Below are positions 28,995 through 38,934 of a stretch of DNA of 64,000 nucleotides, piece by piece. This DNA is from Rubripirellula sp. (GTDB lineage: Bacteria > Planctomycetota > Planctomycetia > Pirellulales > Pirellulaceae). Under the pieces are notes generated by a model. That model was not told the origin of the DNA. It did not search any database and worked only from the letters and a program-made list of their open reading frames with translations. The position numbers and the translations under genes are program-made. Position 1 is the first letter of the stretch; each line of letters begins with the position of its first letter. The stretch lies in contig OZ244207.1 of NCBI GenBank assembly GCA_965216875.1, positions 3,008,001-3,072,000 of the forward strand, in the 5' to 3' direction.

Positions 28995-30101
28995 TCAAGC
29001 GTCGACCAATACCGAAGCAATCCGGCACGCCGCACGCCCGTCCCAAAGCTCTGGGCAACTTCCCTTTTTGTAGTCGCCACTTAAAACGGCGCTCAGGTGG
29101 TGCCGCAATTTCTCGGCCGAGTTACCAATCAATGTACTTGTCCCTTCATCGCACGTGATTGGACGTTCGGTGTTCTCACGCATTGTCAAACACGGGACGC
29201 CGAGAGCCGTCGATTCCTCCTGCAAACCTCCCGAGTCCGTAACAATCACTTTGGCTTGCGACGTCAAACAAAGAAAATCGTTGTAGCCCAACGGATCGAG
29301 CAGGCGCAGGTTTGGCGCATCGCTGATCAACGACTGAAGCTGGTGATGGTCAATCCGTGCTCGCGTTCGCGGGTGAATCGGGAAAACCAGCGGCATTGAC
29401 TTCGATACATCGACCAGCACTTCCAGCAGCGCCCTCAAGGTATGTGGAGCATCGACGTTCGACGGTCGATGCAGGGTCACCACACCGTAGGCCCCTGGCT
29501 GAAGCGAAAGTTCGCCCAAAGTTGGCCGGCTCTTTGCTTGTTCTACCTGCGTCATCAACGTGTCGATCATGACATTGCCGACAAGATGAATCCGTGATGA
29601 ATCATGGCCTTCATTCTTCAGGTTCTCTGCCCCGGCCGGCTCGCTGCATAACAGGAGGTCAGAAATCGAATCGGTGACAAGGCGATTGATCTCTTCCGGC
29701 ATTCGTCTGTCGAAACTTCGAAGCCCCGCTTCAACATGAGCCACCGAGATATTGAGCTTTGCAGCAGCGATGGCGGCAGCCATCGTCGAGTTCACGTCGC
29801 CGACAACAATCATCCGCTCTACGGGCTCACCCGACGCCGCAGCAGCTCCCAAAAACTCTTCAATCGCAACCATGACGTCTGAGGTCTGCTTCGCGTGTGA
29901 CCCAGATCCGACCCCCAATGATAGGTCCGGACGTCGAATCCCCAACTCTTCGAAAAAAACGTCCGAAAGGTTGCGATCGTAGTGCTGTCCCGTATGCACG
30001 AGCGTGGTTCGCAGCTGTGGCACCTGATCGAGCTCACGCAAGATGGGCGCAATTTTCATGAAATTCGGTCGCGCACCGGCGACAATCGCAAAACGCTTCA
30101 T
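28995..30101 (-). CDS. wecB: UDP-N-acetylglucosamine 2-epimerase (non-hydrolysing)
   Basis: GARPNFMK, HTGQHYD, VGDVNS, HVEAGLRS, PEEINR, TDSGGLQEE, ERP. Confidence 0.96.
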   Translation of the reverse strand: MKRFAIVAGARPNFMKIAPILRELDQVPQLRTTLVHTGQHYDRNLSDVFFEELGIRRPDLSLGVGSGSHAKQTSDVMVAIEEFLGAAAASGEPVERMIVVGDVNSTMAAAIAAAKLNISVAHVEAGLRSFDRRMPEEINRLVTDSISDLLLCSEPAGAENLKNEGHDSSRIHLVGNVMIDTLMTQVEQAKSRPTLGELSLQPGAYGVVTLHRPSNVDAPHTLRALLEVLVDVSKSMPLVFPIHPRTRARIDHHQLQSLISDAPNLRLLDPLGYNDFLCLTSQAKVIVTDSGGLQEESTALGVPCLTMRENTERPITCDEGTSTLIGNSAEKLRHHLSAVLSGDYKKGSCPELWDGRAACRIASVLVDA

Positions 30102-30559
30102 AGATGCTGATGGGTGGAGGTCACACACGTAGATCGAGTGCGACCAGTTTGCCTTGGTCCAACAAGAAAAGGAAGGGACCAGGATGATCACCTCAGTCCT
30201 CTTTTGGCAGCTAATTCACGAAATTGTTCCACACAGTTCGGCCTTGCTGGCAAATCGCCCGTTTCATCCGCCAGGACCGCGCCAGGGAACAACATGTCTA
30301 GGTTCAGGGGCGCGTTTTTTGGTAACTCTCGATCCTAATTCAGGCCGTTATTGACCAGCAAACATTCGCTTGTGACAGCGTTGTGGGGTTGCTGACTAAT
30401 TGTCGCAGCCACCCCAGCAGGCAGAACCTGCAAAACCGGACCGGCACTCCCGTGAATACAGATCGGATGCTTGGTTCTCGTCGACACGCCCCAATTTCGT
30501 TGGACCGAGCGTCCTAAGCTTTCGTGACTCGGTCAAAACGACAATTCTCGAGAGTAACG

Positions 30560-33445
30560 ATGTCAGCGCACGGAAATTGCCAATCCAAATGTCAACAGTG
30601 CCTCCTCCCCGGCGCAGTTCCTGGAGCCAACCTGGACGCTCAATCGGTCTGCCAGCTCTGCACGACCGATACGACTCAGTCGAAGGCTGAAGCCGAACAC
30701 CGGCGGCTGGACTACAAACGAGACTTGGAAGCGACTCTCGAGAATATTCGCGGCCAGGGGGAATACGATTGCCTGGTCAATCTCAGCGGCGGCAAAGACA
30801 GTTGCCTGCTCCTTCACAAGCTCAAGAAAGAGTACGGGTTGAACGTACTCGCATTCACCACCGACATGAATATTCCTGATGTCGCGTGGAAGAACATCAA
30901 TCGCACCATTGAATTGCTGGACGTGCCTTTGGTGACGTTTCGGCCTCCGGTTGAGTTCTACAAAAAGATGTTTCGGTTTCTGTTGGCCAACCAGGAATCA
31001 CGCGGGGCCGTGCGAACCGTTTGCTACATTTGCGCGCCATTGTTCGAAAGCTACTCCATCCGCTTGGCAGTTCAAAAGAACATCCCACTCATCGCAGCTG
31101 GCTATGCTCCCGGCCAACCCGAACCTGATCGCATGGAGTACGAGTTCTCTCGCAAACTCTTGTGCGAACAAGACTGGACACCACCAGAGCTTGTCGAGTC
31201 GGGTCTATTCTCCGAGCAAGAACTTTCGCTCTTTTGGAACCCGCTGAGCTACCCGGAAGGAACACAGTTTCCTCGATACGTCGCACCGTTCCACGCATGG
31301 GACTACAGCCAAGATGAAGCGATGGATCTCGTCGTGAAGCTAGGCTTGATCAAGAACAAGAAGAGCGCCAGCCCGATACACAGCAATTGCCCAGTCAATT
31401 GGTTGCTGATGTATTCCGACCTAAAACACCTCGGCTTCAATCCTTACGCCCCCGAGTTCGCCAAACTTGTCAGGGAAGGCAAAGCGCAACGTCGCTACTG
31501 GCGCATCATGGGTCCGATCGTCGACACGATGATCCGTCAAAAGGTAATGCTGGGGCGAAATGTTAGTAAGTCACTTCAGTGGCTTGGCATGGACGAAAAG
31601 GAACTCGCAATCACGCGAGAAAGCCAAGGAGCTGAGTACAGCGAACAAATCACTCGTTCAGCCCAACCCCAGGTCATCGGCTGGGATCAAGTGAGTGAAA
31701 AACGCCAAGTTGAACCTAAGACAACCAGCAAGGAAGACCCAAACACAACGGTCGCACTCCTTCGCCACAAATTGCGTAACGCCCCCGACGCCGTAGCCAT
31801 CGGTCACCGTGTCGATGACGAATGGGTCACACTTTCTTGGCGGCAATACACTGCCCGCACACTCAAGCTCGCGGCAGAGCTTCAAGAACTTGGCGTCAAC
31901 AAAGGCGATTGCGTTGCGGTCTATGGCAAATCGGATGCTGGCTGGAGTATCACCGAAAGTGCGATTCACGCAATTGGCGGAACCGTCGTCGGAATCGACG
32001 TCAACGCATCGACTGAAGCGTGCCGTGATATCTTGGACCGCACTTCAACCACAACCATGGTCGTTGTCGGCGATTGCCCCGATGAGATTCAATCGCTGAC
32101 CACAATCACTCGACTGAGGATCAATCCCGCCGGCCATTTCACGAGTGCAAATGCGACTCAAGTTCCCACATGGAACGAGATGCCCGAAGTCAACGGCGAC
32201 GACATTGCAACCATCATCTTCACCTCAGGGACAACGGGTAACCCGAAAGGGCTCAGCTACAGCCACAAACAAATCATGGTGGCAGTTGAAGAGATGAATC
32301 GAGAATTCACGCTGGTCGAACCGGGTGACACGACCCTGTGCTGGCTTCCGATGAGCCACCTCTTCCAACGCATGATGAACTTGGTCGCCATGCGCCAAGA
32401 CGCGCAAATCTATTTTGAACCAGAGCCGAAACTGGTCGTCAAAGCAGCGGGAGAAGTATCGCCATCGGTCATGTTTGCTGTACCGCGGTTCCTCGAAAAA
32501 CTTGCAGAGGGACTCGACGCCTTTATCCAACGTCAACCGGCGCCTCTTCGCAGCTTGATTGAAAAGGCAATGGCCGCAACGGACGAAACCGACAGTGTCA
32601 TCAAACGACGAATCCGTGGCATGGTCGCCAACAAAGCCCAACAACTGCTTGGTGGCAAGCTGAAGTATTTCGTGAGCGGTTCGGCTCCTTTGTCCGCCGA
32701 TGTTGCAAAGAAACTCGAACGGATGGGCTGGGAAATCCTCGAAGCCTATGGCGTCAGCGAAAACGTCGTGCCGATGTCGGCCAACCGACCTGGCCAATCC
32801 AAACTGGGAACGGTTGGGAAACCGCTTCCTTCGAACGAAATTCGAATCGATGCCGATGGAGAGATCAAAGTTCGCGGGCCTGGTTGCATTGAAACCTATT
32901 TCGGCGAACACGATCGCCTGCTTGATGATGACGGTTTTCTATCAACAGGCGACATGGGCTACTTCGACGACGAGGGAAATCTTGTCATCGATGGACGGAA
33001 AGACAGCCGCCTAAAGACGTCGACTGGACGCAAAATCTTTCCCGAGCAGGTCGAGCGCGTCTATCAACAGAGTCGCATGATCTCAGACATGATGGTCACT
33101 GGGCATGGAAAGAAATTCATCGTTGCATTGATCGTTCCTAGTGAGGAATTTATCGATCAATGCTTGAACCTGATGCCCGTGGACGCCACGCGAGAGGAAG
33201 CTCTTCGAAGTGAGGCAGCCCGCCTATTGATGCAGGAAGAGCTCTCTACTCTCGAGCACGAACTCGAATCGCATGAGCGTGTCGCTGACTTCCAATTGCT
33301 TGACCGAGAGTTCAGCGCCGAGGAAGGTGAGTTAACGGCAAGCCTCAAGAAACGCCGCCGAGAAATTGAACGAAATCACTCAGGCGCGCTGTCTGGAATG
33401 TTTGCCGGCCAGAGTAACGCCACTGTCGCGGGGTCGCACGCATGA
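30560..33445 (+). CDS. Fusion: N-type ATP-pyrophosphatase (WbpG/N-acetyl-sugar amidotransferase-like) plus long-chain acyl-CoA synthetase-like AMP-binding domain
   Basis: N-terminal CxxC..CxxC, YDCLVNLSGGKDS, CYIC; C-terminal FTSGTTGNPKG, WLPMSH, VPRFLEK, SGSAPL, EAYGVSE, GTVG, TGDMG, GRK, GELTASLK. Confidence 0.85.
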   Translation: MSAHGNCQSKCQQCLLPGAVPGANLDAQSVCQLCTTDTTQSKAEAEHRRLDYKRDLEATLENIRGQGEYDCLVNLSGGKDSCLLLHKLKKEYGLNVLAFTTDMNIPDVAWKNINRTIELLDVPLVTFRPPVEFYKKMFRFLLANQESRGAVRTVCYICAPLFESYSIRLAVQKNIPLIAAGYAPGQPEPDRMEYEFSRKLLCEQDWTPPELVESGLFSEQELSLFWNPLSYPEGTQFPRYVAPFHAWDYSQDEAMDLVVKLGLIKNKKSASPIHSNCPVNWLLMYSDLKHLGFNPYAPEFAKLVREGKAQRRYWRIMGPIVDTMIRQKVMLGRNVSKSLQWLGMDEKELAITRESQGAEYSEQITRSAQPQVIGWDQVSEKRQVEPKTTSKEDPNTTVALLRHKLRNAPDAVAIGHRVDDEWVTLSWRQYTARTLKLAAELQELGVNKGDCVAVYGKSDAGWSITESAIHAIGGTVVGIDVNASTEACRDILDRTSTTTMVVVGDCPDEIQSLTTITRLRINPAGHFTSANATQVPTWNEMPEVNGDDIATIIFTSGTTGNPKGLSYSHKQIMVAVEEMNREFTLVEPGDTTLCWLPMSHLFQRMMNLVAMRQDAQIYFEPEPKLVVKAAGEVSPSVMFAVPRFLEKLAEGLDAFIQRQPAPLRSLIEKAMAATDETDSVIKRRIRGMVANKAQQLLGGKLKYFVSGSAPLSADVAKKLERMGWEILEAYGVSENVVPMSANRPGQSKLGTVGKPLPSNEIRIDADGEIKVRGPGCIETYFGEHDRLLDDDGFLSTGDMGYFDDEGNLVIDGRKDSRLKTSTGRKIFPEQVERVYQQSRMISDMMVTGHGKKFIVALIVPSEEFIDQCLNLMPVDATREEALRSEAARLLMQEELSTLEHELESHERVADFQLLDREFSAEEGELTASLKKRRREIERNHSGALSGMFAGQSNATVAGSHA

Positions 33446-34590
33446 GCAAGCCGACAGAATACATCTTCGTAACCGGAGCAACCGGAGTGGTTGGCAGCGC
33501 CGTCATTGCCGAGCTCTTGATGCGTCCTGATGTTCACGTCACCGCGTTGATCCGAGGCGAATCCGACGATGAGGTCCAGCGTCGCGGTGACGCGCTCCTT
33601 CAGTCGATCGATCGTCACACTCCAGGGTATGCCGCGCGGTTCCAGGTGGTGCGTGGTGACATCACCAAGGCAAACCTTGGACTCAGTGAAAACTCAATGG
33701 CCTCGGTCGCCGCACAAACAACACGAATCGTTCACAGTGCGGGCAAAGTCAAGCTGAATCAGTCAATTGCGGAAGCAAGACAGCACGCGATCTTTCCTGC
33801 TGAGCAAGTGATTTCACTCGCGAAGCGTTGTGGACATCTCAAGAAGATTGATGTGCTTAGCACGATCGGTGTCGCGGGAAAAATGGAAGGCAATGTTCCT
33901 GAGAGCCGTCTCACGCATGAACGAGAATTCCACAACACGTACGAGCAATCAAAAGCTGAAGCCGAAGAACTCTATTGGCAGCAAGCCGCCAATGGTATGC
34001 CACTGAGTATCCATCGCCCCAGCATGGTTGTCGGCGACTCGAAAACCGGTTGGGTCCTGCAGCATCAGGTCTTTTACTACCTTTGCGATTTCTTGAGCGG
34101 ACAGCGGACGTTCGGCATTTTGCCGCGTTTCAATTCTCAAATGCTCGACATCGTTCCGGTCGATTACGTCAGCCGATGCATCACAGCGTCTCTGTTTGAT
34201 TCCGAATCCGTTGGCAAGGTCTTCCATCTGTGTAGTGGCCCCATCGATGAACTGAGGATCACGCATCTGAGAGCGACCATTCAAAACGCATACACCTCGA
34301 TCGGCGCACAATGCCGAAACGGTCTCGCGCTTCCCAAAGAAGTTTTTGCAGGAATCGCGTGGCTGCTAAGTCGTCTCGGCCCAAAAGGCCTGCGCAAGCC
34401 AGCCAAGACCGTTCCCTTTTTCCTCGCCTACCTTGGCAGGCGTCAAGTTTTCGAAAGCCAGATGACCCAAAACTGGTTTCGGCGCTTCGATATCACCCTA
34501 CCCAAACCCAGCGACTACCTCGATCGGATCGTGACGACCTATGCAAAGCAGAGCCGGTCAACTCGAGCGACGCAAGGATTACAATCATGA
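33442..34590 (+). CDS. Extended SDR, fatty acyl/thioester reductase-like (NAD_binding_4)
   Basis: VTGATGVVG, RGDIT..LGL, IVHSA, NTYEQSKAEAE, RPSMVVG, DIVPVDYV; ATGA coupling to the upstream gene. Confidence 0.88.
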   Translation: MSKPTEYIFVTGATGVVGSAVIAELLMRPDVHVTALIRGESDDEVQRRGDALLQSIDRHTPGYAARFQVVRGDITKANLGLSENSMASVAAQTTRIVHSAGKVKLNQSIAEARQHAIFPAEQVISLAKRCGHLKKIDVLSTIGVAGKMEGNVPESRLTHEREFHNTYEQSKAEAEELYWQQAANGMPLSIHRPSMVVGDSKTGWVLQHQVFYYLCDFLSGQRTFGILPRFNSQMLDIVPVDYVSRCITASLFDSESVGKVFHLCSGPIDELRITHLRATIQNAYTSIGAQCRNGLALPKEVFAGIAWLLSRLGPKGLRKPAKTVPFFLAYLGRRQVFESQMTQNWFRRFDITLPKPSDYLDRIVTTYAKQSRSTRATQGLQS

Positions 34591-36320
34591 ACGCCTCAAT
34601 TTCCCATCCGCACATTGACGCACTCGCGAAAATCGTTGGCCTTGAGTATGTCGACGTCTCCGAGCAAGGCCGCGAGTATCATGCCAAAGGACTGATCCCA
34701 AGGCACTGCCGATGCCAAATGATTGTGCGTCCCGACAACGCGGGCGAAGTTGCTTCTGTCGTCAAATACGCAGATAAAAACGGGCTGAAGGTGTGGGCCT
34801 ATAGCACTGGACGCAACTGGGGATATGGCACGACTCAATCCCTTGATGAAGATTCGATCGTACTGCTGCTCGATCGAATGAATCGAATCATTGAAGTCAA
34901 CGAGGAAATGGCCTACGCCGTTCTCGAGCCTGGAGTCACTCAGGAACAACTCAACAATTATCTAAAGCAAAACAATATCAAGCTTTGGATGGACTGCACA
35001 GATTCAACTCCTAAAGGCAGCGTCATCGGTAACGCGCTCGAACGTGGTGTTGGGTACACTCCCTACGGAGACCATTTTGGCCAACTTTGCGGCATGGACG
35101 TCGTGATGGCGAATGGCGACGCGGTTCAAATGGGCGGATGCCAACCGGGATGCCACACATTCCATACGCACAAATGGGGTACAGGACCATTCCTCGACGG
35201 CGTCTTCTCACAATCGAATCTCGGTGTGGTCACCAAGGCCGGCATCTGGCTGATGCCAGAACCGGAAGAATTCAACTTCATGGCGGTCGAGCTCAAGAAC
35301 GAGCAAGACTTGCCGCGACTCATCAACCACGTCCGAGAACTCGCCCTCGCGGGAACAATTGGCAACGTTCACTGCTTCAACCCCTTCCTTCTCCTCAGCG
35401 CGCGCATTCAATACCCGTTTGACCGACGTGGCGATCGAACGCATTTGAACGACGAGGACATTCGCCAACTCGCCAAAGAAAACCACATCGCTCCTTACTC
35501 GGTCGTATGCGGAATCTACGGTACTAAAGAAGAAGCAGCAGCCCACCGCAAACAGGTCAAAAAGAAACTCGGCTCCTATTGCCGTTTGCTGTTCGCAACC
35601 GACCGCCGAATCGCATTCGTCGGCAAACTCTGCGACTTCCTGCTATCCAAAAAGCCACCTTATCCATTGCATCACAAGGTCGTTGCTTGGCTCACGCGCA
35701 AGTTCATTTATCCAGGTTCGCCCCATGCGTTGAGCCTAGTGCCACGCGTTGCCGGATACCACAAAGGGATTCCTGACGAATTCGTTGTCAGCGCCGCCTA
35801 CTTCAAACGTCGCGGTCCACGGCCGGAATCGATTGACCCGATTCGCGACGATTGCGGCTTGCTTTGGCTCGCTCCGATCCTGCCAGCATCGAGCGATCAT
35901 GTGGAAAAGCTTATGTCAGCCATCAAACCGATCTACGACAAGCACGGTTTCGAGTTTCCGCTTTCGATCATCATGCTGAACCCGCGTACGCTTATCTTTG
36001 CTCTGCCGATGTTCTTTGACAAAAGCGACCCTAGCGAATGCCAGCGGGTCAAAGAACTGTACGAAGAAGTCATCACGACGACTTCGGACATGGGGTATCA
36101 GCAGTACCGAACCGGAACCATGTACATGGACCGAATCCTGGACCAAAACCCAGGCCACCGCGACTTGGTTCGAAGCCTCAAGTCAACACTCGACCCGAAC
36201 AACACGCTCGCCCCCGGCAAGTACGGGACCACGCGTGATCAGACGGAAACTGCCGTTGCTCCCCCGATCGTTGCGCCAACCACAATGGCCGTCGATTCGC
36301 AGAATACGCCCATCGCGTAG
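34587..36320 (+). CDS. FAD-linked oxidase of the p-cresol methylhydroxylase/vanillyl-alcohol oxidase family
   Basis: STGRNWGYG, EPGVT, GSVIGNALERGVGYTPYGDH, GPFLDGVFSQSNLGVVTK, YR...DPNNTLAPGK; ATGA coupling. Confidence 0.9.
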   Translation: MNASISHPHIDALAKIVGLEYVDVSEQGREYHAKGLIPRHCRCQMIVRPDNAGEVASVVKYADKNGLKVWAYSTGRNWGYGTTQSLDEDSIVLLLDRMNRIIEVNEEMAYAVLEPGVTQEQLNNYLKQNNIKLWMDCTDSTPKGSVIGNALERGVGYTPYGDHFGQLCGMDVVMANGDAVQMGGCQPGCHTFHTHKWGTGPFLDGVFSQSNLGVVTKAGIWLMPEPEEFNFMAVELKNEQDLPRLINHVRELALAGTIGNVHCFNPFLLLSARIQYPFDRRGDRTHLNDEDIRQLAKENHIAPYSVVCGIYGTKEEAAAHRKQVKKKLGSYCRLLFATDRRIAFVGKLCDFLLSKKPPYPLHHKVVAWLTRKFIYPGSPHALSLVPRVAGYHKGIPDEFVVSAAYFKRRGPRPESIDPIRDDCGLLWLAPILPASSDHVEKLMSAIKPIYDKHGFEFPLSIIMLNPRTLIFALPMFFDKSDPSECQRVKELYEEVITTTSDMGYQQYRTGTMYMDRILDQNPGHRDLVRSLKSTLDPNNTLAPGKYGTTRDQTETAVAPPIVAPTTMAVDSQNTPIA

Positions 36321-36325
36321 GTACC

Positions 36326-37231
36326 ATGATTCAACTTGCCTCGACAGTTTTGAACTACCTGCCTCTCGCGATTGGCCACTGTACCAGCACGCAGAGACTC
36401 GACCGAACTCCCGAACCAACCGCAGAAATGGACTCGGACGCGAGTGTCGAGCAATATGACCGCGCGTGGCAGACGGAACTTGGCCTAGCCTGGGCTCTTG
36501 GCTTGAAAATGATTCATCAATCAGGAGTCGAATTGCATGAAGCGAACGCGTTGGACATTGCCTGCGGTCCTGGCCGCTTCACGTCGGCGCTTGCCAACCT
36601 GTTCAAGGCCAGACGCACCGTCGGTCTCGATCTTTCTGAAACGATGATCGCGCGGGCGCGTAGCAATCAATTGGAGTCACATAACGACTCGCTCGAATTC
36701 GTTGTTGGCAACGCTTTGGAACTTGGCGACTTCGACGACGATGAATTCCATTGCGTTACCTTCAACCAAGGTGCGCACCATTTCGATACTCAAGACCAGG
36801 TAACGGCAGTCCTCGCACAGATGGACCGCGTCTGTTCGCCCGATGGTATCGTACTCGCTACGGACCTTGTACGCCTAAGCAACCAGGCGGTTACCGACCG
36901 CTACATCGGTGTCACCAGCGTTGACTACGAGCGTCGCAAACTTGGCGACTTCAAAAACGATTTCGCCAACTCGATGTTCGCGGCATGGACACCCGATGAG
37001 CTTCATCGCTGCATCCCAAACGATTCCAAACGCAATTGGTACCATCTTGTGCCACACCTCTTGCCAACCATTCAGGTGATCGTCGGAGTTCCCAAGAGCC
37101 ACCGCCATTGGAAACAAAACGGTGATACGCCATGGCAGCAAGCTGACGCCACCAACTACATCGCCCCTCATTTGAAAGCAAAGTGGCAATTGCTCAACGC
37201 GTCCGTCGCGATGGCTCGAAGCCTAAAATGA
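36326..37231 (+). CDS. Class I SAM-dependent methyltransferase
   Basis: RTPEP..MD, LDIACGPG, GLDLSETM, GNAL, HHF, DLVR. Confidence 0.9.
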   Translation: MIQLASTVLNYLPLAIGHCTSTQRLDRTPEPTAEMDSDASVEQYDRAWQTELGLAWALGLKMIHQSGVELHEANALDIACGPGRFTSALANLFKARRTVGLDLSETMIARARSNQLESHNDSLEFVVGNALELGDFDDDEFHCVTFNQGAHHFDTQDQVTAVLAQMDRVCSPDGIVLATDLVRLSNQAVTDRYIGVTSVDYERRKLGDFKNDFANSMFAAWTPDELHRCIPNDSKRNWYHLVPHLLPTIQVIVGVPKSHRHWKQNGDTPWQQADATNYIAPHLKAKWQLLNASVAMARSLK

Positions 37232-37335
37232 GGTTCACCAAATTGAACTTTGCGGTTTAGGCAGAATTCGCTGGATTCCGCGTTTGTGACGGTCGAATCA
37301 GTTGTGAGGAAGGAGTCCTGCCAACGGGGGTCGGC

Positions 37336-38934
37336 ATGCCACGAATATTATTGGTTCTTTTCTCGCTCGTCGTTGTCTCAACGTCGCCAAGCGAAGAATT
37401 TGCAGTTGTCTCTGACCAAACGAAAGTCGAGGAGCAATACGCACTCCAGCTCGACGACTGCGTTGCCATTGCGATCCGAAACCAACCGGTCTTGCGAATC
37501 AAGAACGAAGACACACACATCGCCAGGGAACAGGTCGATGTCGCTCGTTCCTACTACTTCCCGCAAGTCGACGCAAACGCTCGCTTCACAAACATTGACC
37601 AAGTCCGGTCATTTGACATCGAAGGATTCTTTGACGGCCCCGTCGGTGATGTCTTTAGCGATGCAGCGGCATTCTTTCAAATCGCGCGTCAACTCAACTC
37701 CACCGCCGCACTCAACGCGCTCGACAATCCGACAACGCCAATCTTTCCTGGCGGACCAACTTTCGAGTCGGTCAAGCAGCAGGCCGCCGGAACCGTTCCA
37801 GATCGCATTCGCGTTCCCGTGTTGGGCGAAGCCTTCCTCAACACTCAAGTTCGTTTGGTGCAGCCGCTTTGGACAGCGGGCCGAATACGCTTCCGGGTCG
37901 ACCAAGCACGGTACGGAGTGAAATTCGCTCGCCTAGCCGAGACCCGCACGCGTCAAGAAGTCGAATTCAACGTTACTCGTGCGTACTTGGCCGTACTGCT
38001 GAGTCGCCACTTGCGAACGATCGTCGAAGACGCGCAAGAGAAAACAGATTTTCTATTGGATGCGACCCGCGACCTCGTCGAAGGCCAAGGATCAAAACAA
38101 CTGACCCAAGCGGAGGTCTATCAGGTAGAATCCGCCGATCGCTTCTTCAAATCTCAGATGCCTCGCTTGCGCGCTGCTGAGTTGCGAGCGGTCGCGGCAC
38201 TCTATTTGGCGATGGGGCTTTCACAAGCCAGCGGCCTCGAAGTAGCCAACGAGCAATTGGGATTCTTTCAGGATGTTGGCACGGTCGACGAAGCAATCGC
38301 CACAGGCTTATCGCATCGGCCGGAAGTCCATCAGGCTGCTGTAGGCACGCGTGTGGCAGGGCTCGAATACCGCTTGGCAAAAGCGGAGTTCTTTCCAGAA
38401 GTGGTCGCTTTTGGGCAATTCACCAGCATCCATGACGATCGCAATTTTGCAAATCCTAATGACAGCAGCGAATGGGCGGGCGGTGTTGCGGCTTCGATCG
38501 ACATAAGTACGGGCGGACGGCGTAAAGCCGAAAAACGACTGGCAACACACAAGGCCACTAAAGCGCGAGCGACACTTCAACAGGTCAAACTGCTTGTCGA
38601 ACAGCAGGTGCGAGATGCCTTCCTCGAACTCGAGGGCGCCCGCGACACGGCTTACGTGGGCCAGGACGTCATCGACTCGGTCGAGAAAACGCTCCTCTGG
38701 CTCGACAAGAAAGAGACGCACCGCGTCGTAGCGATTGACGACCGACTTCATTTCCTGAACAAGGTCAATACGATCGTATTGGAATCAAAAGTAAAAACAG
38801 AGTATTATCAATCGCTGTTTGCCTATAACCTTGCGATCGCTCGCTTGAGACTTGCAACGGGGTACTCCGATGCGTTTGATTACCAGCCTCTTCCTGATCT
38901 CCATTCTGACCGTAACATCAACGCTGCGCAATGA
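37336..38934 (+). CDS. TolC-family outer membrane efflux protein
   Basis: Signal peptide, LDDCVAIA, ARSYYFPQV, QPLWTAG, HRPEV, AEFFPEV, YNLAIARL. Confidence 0.9.
   Translation: MPRILLVLFSLVVVSTSPSEEFAVVSDQTKVEEQYALQLDDCVAIAIRNQPVLRIKNEDTHIAREQVDVARSYYFPQVDANARFTNIDQVRSFDIEGFFDGPVGDVFSDAAAFFQIARQLNSTAALNALDNPTTPIFPGGPTFESVKQQAAGTVPDRIRVPVLGEAFLNTQVRLVQPLWTAGRIRFRVDQARYGVKFARLAETRTRQEVEFNVTRAYLAVLLSRHLRTIVEDAQEKTDFLLDATRDLVEGQGSKQLTQAEVYQVESADRFFKSQMPRLRAAELRAVAALYLAMGLSQASGLEVANEQLGFFQDVGTVDEAIATGLSHRPEVHQAAVGTRVAGLEYRLAKAEFFPEVVAFGQFTSIHDDRNFANPNDSSEWAGGVAASIDISTGGRRKAEKRLATHKATKARATLQQVKLLVEQQVRDAFLELEGARDTAYVGQDVIDSVEKTLLWLDKKETHRVVAIDDRLHFLNKVNTIVLESKVKTEYYQSLFAYNLAIARLRLATGYSDAFDYQPLPDLHSDRNINAAQ

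Noticed and set aside
34311..34586. N-terminal extension of the flavoprotein ORF in the ORF track
   Set aside because: Overlaps the reductase gene; the ATG at 34587 with ATGA coupling is the more likely start
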